The notes under the pieces: model-generated
What the model was told of the DNA's origin: nothing
The model's database searches: none
Seen by the model: only the letters and a program-made list of their open reading frames with translations
Origin: Ascidiella aspersa
Lineage: Eukaryota
Assembly: GCA_963924565.1 (NCBI GenBank)
Contig: OZ004614.1
Location: 3,968,001 to 4,032,000, forward strand
Length of the DNA stretch: 64,000 nt
Direction of reading: 5' to 3'
Program-made: the position numbers and the translations under genes
In this document: positions 27,501 through 36,318 of the stretch, piece after piece
How the letters are laid out: each line of letters starts with the position of its first letter
Numbering within the stretch: the first letter of the stretch is position 1

Positions 27501-30500
27501 TGTATCTTGCTCGTGTTCGTACTTTGGCGTCAACTTGGCGAGCAGCAGTTCGATTCCCGCCTCGGAAGAAAGGTCAAAAGACGCAACTAAATCAGGCGAA
27601 ACTAAGAACCAAACAAACAAATCATTTTCAAGTAATATGTAGTAGAATTAAAAAGCCACTAAATATAATGGGAGCCCAAAATACCCTGGTGTTATTTCTA
27701 GCGTCCATATACATTGCACGAACCCTTGCTAAAGTTGTTTCTTTAACTTACTTCCAACGCAGTTTCCGCTGATCAGAATGTCGAAAAGTATCTCGGCTGT
27801 TCTCGTGAATTCGTCCTCGTGCAAATGAAAGGGTAGATTTAGATCGGCGAGCAGCTTCATTTGATCGAGCGACATGCACTGAAATATAGCATGTGTTTTA
27901 AAAGTAGTAAACAATATTCTGTAATCTATTTGTAAATACTTCGCTGATTGTTAGACGATTAAGCTTTCATTACAAACGCCTTCACTACCGCATTCATATG
28001 CTCAGAATGTAAAACTCACGAAGAGGCTCACTACTCACGTGAATGCATTCGATTTCACACGTGAAACGCTCCTGCAGCTTGCTCGTGAGCGTGACGTAAC
28101 TAGCCTCATCCACGAAACCCTCGGTGCCCAACAGCTCCGTGAGGTGCGAGAAGCTGTCCTCGTGATCATGATCATGATCGTCATCGTGATCGTCACCTTG
28201 ATCACCGACTACTTCTGCAATATGACGCCCGTTTGGTTCAATTGTAAATGTTCAATAGAAAATTGTAAACAGCCAAAAATTACTGGAAGGTGGAAAACTG
28301 GCACAAGCGGTGTTTTCAGGTGTTTTGAATGACGTACTCATATTCCAAAGTCAGAAAAAAACTTCTTGTTAAGGTAACAAACCAAATGTTTAAAATAGGT
28401 AATTTTGTTAATTGGAATTTGATTGCTAGTTAAAAAAAAAACAGTGAAAAAATTGTGGTGTACAATGGTCATTATATGCTAACACAATAAGCAAACTCAA
28501 AACTAAACGTCAATTCACAATTCGCATCAAAAAGTAACCTCGAGCTTAAACGAACCTGAATTAGGTACATTTTGCGTTTCTACCCCGAAATGGCGGACGT
28601 ACGACTTTTGAAGTTGGTCTGTGGTCTGATAAACGCAGTGGCCCTCGAAAAAGTTGGCGTGTAGTTGAAAAACGCGCTCATCGACTGTCCTTTCCGCCAG
28701 AGTTGAAGCATTAAAGCACTGCAATAAAACAGTTCGTTTATCGAATTAATGTTAATCTCGGTGCCGACCGCTTTGGCATTCAGCAGCCTCGTGCACTAAA
28801 CAGAGCGCTAATTAACTATTGCATTTTTGTGGCTACCACTAGCTTTTACAAGGTTGGAAATGTCAGATCATAAGAACGGTAAGCTGAAGTTAATCTACGG
28901 CTTGCTGATGTGCTGAGTTATTTAAACGATCATAAGTAGGGCGATTATTTTTTGACATAAAAATGAGAAAGTTTGACATAAAAAATGTTAAATTTTGACG
29001 AATTTTAAAATTTTGACCTATAAGAAATACATTGATTTAAACAACATAATGTTGTTTGAAATACTGCATTTGTGTCTTGGCGTCCTCTGCAAGCTCCGTA
29101 TATAACATATCGCTCTAATGAAGATAAATACAGTTAAAATTTCGTTGAATATAACTTAAAATTTATTTTGTTTGACAAAATGGTAACTGAACGACAATTT
29201 CAAAAAAATGACTAGAGTTTTTCTACTTCTCAAATGATTTTTGAGCATTATTAATCGATTTTGACTACAAAACAATTTGACAAACTATACCTAACCTTTA
29301 AATTTCAACAAAGATTTTGACTTTTTAGACGAGTGAAAAAATAATCGCCCTAGTCTTACTAGAAAACACGTCTACCCACCATCTTTGTATCTTGCTCGTG
29401 TTCGTACTTTGGCGTCAACTTGACAAGCAGCAGTTCGATTCCCGCCTCGGAAGAAAGGTCAAAAGACGCAACTGAATCAGGCGAAACTAAGAACCAAACA
29501 AATAAATAATGTTTAAGTAATATGTAGTAGAATTAAAAAGCCACTAATTAAAATGGGAGCCAAAAACACCCTGGTTTTAATTCTTGCGTCCATAATAATT
29601 TCACGAACCCTTGCTAAAGGTATTATAAGAATATCAAAGCCCATACAGAAGTAGGTGTCATTTTGGACGTTTCGAATAACTCTGTTGAAAATGAATAAAG
29701 AGTTATTCGAAACGTCCAAAATGATACCTACTTCTGTATGGGCTTTGATATTCTTATTACGTCTTACTACAACTTCCAACCATTATGCCCCAAACTTGCT
29801 AAAGTTGTTTCTTTAACTTACTTCCAACGCAGTTTCCGCTGATCAGAATGTCGAAAAGTATCTCGGCTGTTCTCGTGAATTCGTCCTCGTGCAAATGAAA
29901 GGGTAGATTTAGATCGGCGAGCAGCTTCATTTGATCGAGCGACATGCACTGAAATAAAATGGAGATGATGTTTTAAAAGTAGTAAACAATATTCTGTAAT
30001 CTATTTGTAAATACTTCGCTGATTGTTAGACGATTAAGCTTTCATTACAAAACGCCTTCACTACCGCATACATATGCTCAGAATGTAAAACTCACGAAGA
30101 GGCTCACTACTCACGTGAATGCATTCGATTTTACACGTGAAACGCTCCTGCAACTTGTTCGTGAGCGTGACGTAACTAGCCTCATCCACGAAACCGTCGG
30201 TGCCCAACAGCTCCGTGAGGTGCGTGAAGCTGTCTTCGTGATCGTGATCGTGATCATGATCGTCACTTTGATTATCGACTACCTCTGCAATATAAAGATT
30301 ATTGACTACCTCTGCCCTTTTAGTTTATTTGAAAACGTTCATTAGAAAAATAGAGTTAGTTTATATAGCTGACACGGTCAGACCCTAATGCTCAGTTATC
30401 ACTTAACAATTTTGTTTAGTTTTGTTCTAGTTGTATTCTGGGTATTGATTTGACATAATGTCTCGCCTAAAATATTAGTTTCTGTCGCAGTTTCGACTTG

Positions 30501-33500
30501 CACAATTTTTTATTGTACCTTTCTGCCTTTGAATAAGTTCGCCCCAAGGTGCTACATTTCCACCCTTATGTGTGCAGTGGAACCCCAACCTGTGTCATAA
30601 CGCCTTTTGAAATCTATAGACTGCGGTTGGCCTCATTACTAGACTTTGCTCGCTTGGTAATGTCGCAAAACTATACCCGAATTATTTATTTAAGATAAAT
30701 TTTAAGTAGATTGTCGCTCATTCTCTCAGTCGCTCAGTTAATTTAAAGAGAATTAACGGGAGAACGGGAAACAAGCGCAAGCAAGCAACTCTCACCAATA
30801 GAAGAGAAATATATGACTGGTATATTTGAGAATTTGTGCAAGCCTGAATTTACCGACCTTGTTTGCAAACCTAAAAACCAATGCCATTAACCTATGATTG
30901 TCAACGTTTTCAAGACCCAATATTTGCCAATGTAACCCAACTTGCGTCATATAGCCTTGAAGATTCAAGAGGGTCTCACAGCCTTAGACTTTGTTCGTCT
31001 GGCGATGTCGCAACATTTGTCAAATCTGTTTATGTTAAATATATTATGAGTAGAATATGATCAAACTTTTGGTCGCTTAGTTTATTAAAAGAGAATAAAG
31101 AGGAGAACTGGAAATATGCGCAAGCCAGTCGCACGCATCGCCATTATTTAAAAGAGAACTAGATGGCTGGCATGTTTAAAGAGTAGTTGCATAAGACTGA
31201 GTTTGCAGAAGTTATTAACCCATGATTGCCCGCGTTTCCAAGAACCCTGTTTGTCAATGTAACCCAACCCGCGTCATATAGCCTTGAGAATACGAGAGGG
31301 TCTCACAGCCCTAGACTTTGTTCGTCTGTCGATGTCGCAACATTTTCCAAACACGTTTATTAAAGTTAATTTTTGTTAAATAGATTTTCGCTCATTCGCT
31401 TGGTCGCTCAGTTCATTAAAAGAAAATTAACGGGAGACCGGAAAACATGGGCAAGCGAGCAACTCACATCATCAATAGTTAAAGAGAACTAGATTGGTGA
31501 CGTACTTAAAGAGTAGTTGCGCAATCCTGAATTTTCCCACGTCAGTTACCGATGGTGTCCCCTATTTTTAAGACCCTATGTTTGCAAATGTTACCCAACT
31601 TGCGCTATACAGTCCTGCGGAATTTATAGAGTCCGATTGCCTTGATTAATGGACTTTTTTCAACATTCTCCAAATTTCTTCATGCAAGATATGCTTTGAG
31701 TTTATTCGCGATAAAACTGTCAGTCGATCAGTTGATTAAAAGAGAATATACGGGATGACGGAAAACATGCGTAATCGAGCGACCCACAACACCAATAGTT
31801 AAAAGAGAACTAGATAGATGATATTTTTGAAAAGTAGTTGCGCAAGCCTAAAACCGGTGCCATTAACCCATGATTGTCCGCGTTTCCAAGAACTGATGTA
31901 GAAATATGATCTGAGTACAATATGAACAAACCTTTGGTCGCTCGGTTAATTAAAAGAGAATAAAGAGGAGAACTGGAAATATGCGCAAGCCAGTCGCACG
32001 CATCGCCATTAGTTAAAAGAGAACTAGATTGCTGGCATGTTTAAGAGTAGTTGCGCAAGTCTGAGTTTGCCGACCTCGGTCGTCTCATTTCGAGCCCCAT
32101 GTTTGCCATTGTAACCCAACCTACGTCATACAGTCATGCGGACTCAAGAGGGTCGCACAGCCTTTACAACTAGACTTTGTTCGCTTGATGATGTCGCAAC
32201 ATTTTCGAGCCATTTATTTAAGATATGCCTTGAGTATATTCGTAATCAGACTGTTGGTCGCTCAGTTTTTTAAAAGAGAATTAACACGAGCTCGAAAAAC
32301 ACGCGCAAGCAATCAAATCACATCACCAATAGTTAAAAGAGAACTAGATTGCTGGCATGTTTAAATAGTAGTTGCGCAAGCATGAAACCGGTGTCATTAA
32401 TCAATGATTGTCCGCGTTTCCAAGAACTTATGTTTGCCAGTGTAACCCAACCTGCATCATACAGCCTTGAAAATTCGAGAGGGTTTCACAGCCCTAGACT
32501 TTGTTCGTCTGGCTATATCGCAACATTTTCCAAACACATTTATTAAAGGTACATTTTTAAGTAGATTGTCGCTCATTCGCTTGGTCGATCAGTTCATTAA
32601 ATGAGAATTAACACGAGCTCGGAAAACACGCGCAAGCAATCAAATCACATCACCAATAGTTTAAAGAAAACTAGATTGTTAATGAGTAGTTGCGCAAACC
32701 TAAATTTACCGACTTTGGTCGTCTCATTCCCCATGTTTGACAAAATAACCCAACCTACGTCATACAGTCGTGCGGACTCAAGAGGGTCGCACAGCCTTTA
32801 CAACTAAATTTTGTTCGCTTAATGATGTCGCAATATTTTCCTAACCATTTTATTTTAAATATGTTTTGGGTATCGAAATCAACTTGTCAGTCGCTTAGTT
32901 CATTAAAAGAGAATAAACAGGAGGACAGAAAACTTGCGCAAGCGGCAACTCACATCACCAAATAGTTAAAAGAGAACTAGATGACTGGCCTGTTTAAAGA
33001 GTAGTTGCGCAAGCATAAGGCGGGTGTTATTAACCCATAACCATTTCCAAGAACCCATGTTTGCCAAAGTAACCCAATTGGCGTCATACAGTCTTGCGAA
33101 ATCTAGATTGCACCATTGCCTTTATTACTAGCTTCTTTATTATAGGCTTTGTTCAACATTTTCCAAATCTACTTATTGAAAATATCGAAAAAATATACAT
33201 TTAAAGAGTAGTTGATCAAGTCTGAGTTTACAAAATTAGTCACACTGATGTTCCCTCATTTAGACCCTTATGTTCTAGTGGACACCCAACTTACGACATT
33301 AAGCCTTGGGAAATCTAGAGTGCTTAATTGCCTTTATTACTAGACTGTGTTCGCTTAGCGATGTCGCAATGATTTCCAAACCCATTTATTTAAAATATAT
33401 TTTAAGTAGAATGTTGCTCTCAGTCGCTTAGTTCATTAAAAGAAACTAAACGGGAGGACCGGAAATATGCGCAAGCGAGCAACTCACTTTACTAATAGTT

Positions 33501-35217
33501 AGAAGAGAACTAGATGTCTGACATACAAGAGTTGCGCAAGCCTAAATTAACGATCTCGGTGCTCACATTTCCAAGAACCCATGTTTGCCAGTGTAACCCA
33601 ACCTACGTCATACAGTCGTGCAGCATTTAGCGAGTGGGGTTGCCTTGATAACTAGACTTTGTTCAACATTTTTCAAATTTATTTATTTAAAATATGCTTC
33701 GAGTAGATTCGCAATCAAACTGTCGGTCGCTCAGTTCTTTAAAAGAGAATAAACAAGAGTACCGGACACATGCGAAATCGAGCGACGTTCGAGTGTCACG
33801 CATCACCCAAACAGTTAAAAGAGAACTAGATGGCTGGCATATTTAAAGAGTAGTTGCGCAAGTCTGAATTTTCCGCCCTCGGTCATCCCATCCCCAGTAA
33901 CCGGGTTTGTATAATTATGTAACCCTAACTGACGCCATTCAGCCAATTTTTCTAACATGTTCAAGGGGTTTGTCGCTCATTCTATTGTTTCTTTTGTAGG
34001 ATATTCTGTTTTTTTTTAAAGAATATTACGGTAGGGATAAACTGTCACGAGCAGTGTTTTTTAAAGTTTCTTAAAGGACCGAAACTGTATTTCAAATTTC
34101 ATCAACGGTCTCTGCTTGACGGCCTGTCACTGACCGGACGTCGCACTCAAGTTAATTAGTATTTATTGTCAGAATGGCCGTGTGAACGCCAACACTGGGC
34201 TCAATCTGTAGCACAGCGGCTAGCAAGTGCGCTAGCTCGCTTGCTCATAAAACCAACCGCTGTTTACCTAACAACGCCCAAAACCAGACTGCCGTGGTTC
34301 TTTAGCTTCAACAGTTGCAAAAACTAAGTAATTGCCCTTAAATATTAAAACAAAAGTGGTCATATGATGAAAACCCAAAAGTAGAAAGGCGGCAGAACAA
34401 ATCAAATGAGGTGAAGTAAATTAAAAAACGACAAAGTGAAATAAAGCAAAAAAAATATAATTTTGCATTACACACACCCGGAATCTGGGGTAGACTGAGC
34501 GAAACATTGCGTTCGTTGCACAGTAAATCCTTTACAGCGCCAATACGCCAAGCAACATTTCAAATGAACCTAAAGACGACAGTAAGAATAATCTATTTAA
34601 CCTGGAAAAATCCGCGCATTTCGTCTAGTTACTTATAGTAACTTTTAAATGGGCAAACGATAAGGCACTGACCAGGCGATGTTTCGCGCTTGACAGCGAC
34701 ATGCAAGAATTGTGTCTAGTTATATATACCAGTGGTTCCCAACACGTTTTTTAGGCGAACCATTTCGAAAAAAAAAAATTTTGGTATAATCTTGCAACCC
34801 AAGCAAATACAAAATTGCGTTGCAAACAAACTGTACTACAAAAGCAGTTACCTTTTCCGAAAATAATGTGTATATTAATTTACTAATGAGATAGTTGTGC
34901 TCGCTTGCTCTCAGTGAGTTTTAAAATCGAGGCGTTATTCTGCTTGAGCATAGAGTCACGCATGTCAGCTTTAACTTTCAGCCGGTTTCACCGTTTAGTT
35001 TTCATATTTTGTGATTATGATTTCCAGTTTTGTGAAAAGATACAATATGCCTGAAAAACAAGCGACCCCCAAAAATAATCAGGCGACCCATGCGTTGGGA
35101 ACCGCTGATATATACCACTAAATGAAGAAGGCACAACTTACCCACTGTTCTTCCACTGGTGATGCATAACATCAGAAAAGTACAAAAAAGCAAACGCTTT
35201 GTAGACAAAAACATCAT
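37..35217 (-). CDS. ZIP-ectodomain tandem-repeat protein: signal exon plus 16 full and 1 partial four-exon modules; at least 3180 aa, 3' end outside the window
   Basis: 67 exons with canonical splice sites and matching phases. Exon lengths A 176 (170 in module 1), B 127, C 107, D 163 match ZIP exons 2-5. No stop or frameshift seen; 9541 coding nt in the window. Confidence 0.85.
842..2386 (-). CDS. Module 16: A 2386-2211, B 2049-1923, C 1772-1666, D 1004-842
   Basis: Intact exons, 573 nt. Confidence 0.83.
1225..1636. mobile_element. ~412-bp MITE in the C-D intron of every unit (also e.g. 28939-29350; truncated in four units)
   Basis: TIRs GGGCGATTATTTTTTGAC ... GTCAAAAAATAATCGCCC, flanked by TA in most copies; no coding capacity. 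Confidence 0.75.
2728..4274 (-). CDS. Module 15: A 4274-4099, B 3938-3812, C 3661-3555, D 2890-2728
   Basis: Intact exons, 573 nt. Confidence 0.83.
4621..6167 (-). CDS. Module 14: A 6167-5992, B 5830-5704, C 5553-5447, D 4783-4621
   Basis: Intact exons; D donor is gttagt. Confidence 0.83.
6510..8055 (-). CDS. Module 13: A 8055-7880, B 7718-7592, C 7441-7335, D 6672-6510
   Basis: Intact exons, 573 nt. Confidence 0.83.
8398..9580 (-). CDS. Module 12: A 9580-9405, B 9243-9117, C 8966-8860, D 8560-8398
   Basis: Intact exons; ~363-bp deletion confined to the C-D intron. Confidence 0.83.
9923..11468 (-). CDS. Module 11: A 11468-11293, B 11131-11005, C 10854-10748, D 10085-9923
   Basis: Intact exons; first Cys of D changed to Trp. 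Confidence 0.83.
11811..13356 (-). CDS. Module 10: A 13356-13181, B 13019-12893, C 12742-12636, D 11973-11811
   Basis: Intact exons, 573 nt. Confidence 0.83.
13699..14881 (-). CDS. Module 9: A 14881-14706, B 14544-14418, C 14267-14161, D 13861-13699
   Basis: Intact exons; ~363-bp deletion confined to the C-D intron. Confidence 0.83.
15223..16767 (-). CDS. Module 8: A 16767-16592, B 16430-16304, C 16153-16047, D 15385-15223
   Basis: Intact exons, 573 nt. Confidence 0.83.
17113..18657 (-). CDS. Module 7: A 18657-18482, B 18320-18194, C 18043-17937, D 17275-17113
   Basis: Intact exons; first Cys of D changed to Trp. Confidence 0.83.
19003..20517 (-). CDS. Module 6: A 20517-20342, B 20180-20054, C 19903-19797, D 19165-19003
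   Basis: Intact exons; D donor is gttagt. Confidence 0.83.
20859..22589 (-). CDS. Module 5: A 22589-22414, B 22252-22126, C 21790-21684, D 21021-20859
   Basis: Intact exons; 185 bp of extra sequence in the B-C intron. Confidence 0.83.
21924..22108. mobile_element. Foldback (palindromic) MITE-like element, 185 bp, in the module 5 B-C intron
   Basis: AAGAATATCAAAGCCCATACAGAAGTAGGT...ACCTACTTCTGTATAGGCTTTGATATTCTT; same family as the copies in ZIP introns. Confidence 0.8.
22930..24475 (-). CDS. Module 4: A 24475-24300, B 24138-24012, C 23861-23755, D 23092-22930
   Basis: Intact exons, 573 nt. Confidence 0.83.
24817..26330 (-). CDS. Module 3: A 26330-26155, B 25993-25867, C 25716-25610, D 24979-24817
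   Basis: Intact exons, 573 nt. Confidence 0.83.
26672..28214 (-). CDS. Module 2: A 28214-28039, B 27878-27752, C 27601-27495, D 26834-26672
   Basis: Intact exons, 573 nt. Confidence 0.83.
28556..30284 (-). CDS. Repeat module 1: A 30284-30115, B 29948-29822, C 29486-29380, D 28718-28556
   Basis: GT-AG exons; A is 170 nt, as in ZIP exon 2. Confidence 0.85.
29620..29804. mobile_element. Foldback MITE-like element, 185 bp, in the module 1 B-C intron
   Basis: Long inverted repeat bounded by the direct repeat CTTGCTAAAG. Confidence 0.8.
30560..33940. repeat. Degenerate ~330-bp tandem repeat (about 10 copies) in intron 1 of the repeat gene
   Basis: Recurring blocks GTAACCCAAC, AAAAGAGAACTAGAT, GAGTAGTTGCGCAAG, GTCGCTCAGTT, with many indels. 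Confidence 0.85.
34730..35107. mobile_element. hAT-type MITE, 378 bp
   Basis: TIR CAGTGGTTCCCAAC ... GTTGGGAACCGCTG, with a perfect 8-bp TSD ATATATAC. Confidence 0.88.
35142..35217 (-). CDS. Signal-peptide exon of the repeat gene, MMFLSTKRLLFCTFLMLCITSGRTV
   Basis: Same 76-nt length, phase-1 G|gtaagtt donor and LSTK-x-LL-x-C pattern as ZIP exon 1; AG acceptor at 35229. Confidence 0.85.
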
Positions 35218-36076
35218 GATTTTATTCTCTAAACAAGCTCCAAAACAGCTATAAAAGAAAATCATCTTTGTTAGCGTTTTGTTTGCTTACGGATTTCGAT
35301 ATTGTCTTGTAGGCCATCCAATGGAATTATGGTGCGTATTTAGAAAAATATTTTCTATAAAAGTAGTCTGTTTTAAATAATAAAAGCGGCAACACGCAAA
35401 ATAATATGTGAAGTTAAGATTAAATACATCATAATGACCTAATGCAAACAAGTCCTGTAGACTTTCGTGTATTTCCATAAAAATAAAATTGTCCGAGTCT
35501 ATATAAAGTCTATAATCTCTTTAGTAAAAGCAAAATATTTTATACGCTGTGAATTAGGCTTTGCCGTTTGAAACCTCAATGAGCTACGTTGACCGAAAAG
35601 GTGCAAAACAAAAATTAGTGTTTCATATATTTTTAGTATTTGTTTCATCTGCATCATGGCAATCTTCCGATTACGAAGAGATTCGTTACACTTTCAATTT
35701 AGGTCACACAGGGCAATCTACTCTTTTTCGTCAGACATCCTTAAGCATTCAACAGCTTCCTTCGTTCTTTTTTCTTTGCAAAGCTTCTTCGCCGCGCTTT
35801 GGCACAACTCAGAAAAAATCGCCCTTTTTATATTTTGGCGCTGCATTAAAAAAACAAGGACGCGGCGCGGTATGACGTTGCTGATGGTAACTTAGCTTTT
35901 TTAATTGCATTGTGCCCGCCGAAATTTACCAACGGACGTTAACTCTGGTTGAACCCTTTCCAAATCGTCGTGTTTGCTCAAGGAGCTCAACTTGCGTCAT
36001 TTGGCCTTGCGAAATTTTCAGCGTCCGATTGTTTTACGTCTTGCCTTTGTTTGCTTTACATTACAGGTACTTGAGT

Positions 36077-36318
36077 TTTTAGCTTGGCGCAGCAAAAAAA
36101 TCAAAATTTTAGCTTGGCGCAGCAAAAAAAAATCAAAATTTTGGCTTTGCGCAGCATGAAAATCGAAATTTTGGCTTTGCGCAGCATGAAAATCAAAATT
36201 TTGGCTTGGCTCAGCAAAAAAAATCAAAATTTTAGCTTGGCGCAGCAAAAAAATCAAAATTTTAGCTTGGCGCAGCACAAAAATCAAAATTTTAGTTCGG
36301 CGCAGCAAAAAAATCAAA
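36077..36318. repeat. ~30-bp minisatellite, about 8 copies
   Basis: Unit TTTAGCTTGGCGCAGCAAAAAAATCAAAAT. Confidence 0.93.

Larger units (their letters stand above)
1..30290. repeat. Tandem array of ~1888-bp units (length variants 1525, ~1857, ~2071 bp), about 16 copies
   Basis: Near-identical units; the same landmark recurs at 14, 1900, 3789, 5681, 7569, 9094, 10982, 12870, 14395, 16281, 18171, 20031, ~22103, 23989, 25844, 27729, 29799. Confidence 0.99.

Noticed and set aside
1-30290. Array as non-coding satellite, CRISPR array, rDNA or tandem transposon
   Set aside because: No repeat-spacer structure, rRNA motifs or transposase. The units consist of intact spliceable exons paralogous to the neighbouring gene.
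1-30290. Array as 17 separate small genes
   Set aside because: Units lack a start or signal exon and a stop-containing terminal exon. Only one signal exon exists (35217-35142), and D->A phases join in frame.
32349-32807. ORFs in the ~330-bp repeat as further coding exons
   Set aside because: Copies differ by frame-breaking indels, with no consistent splice sites or ZIP similarity.
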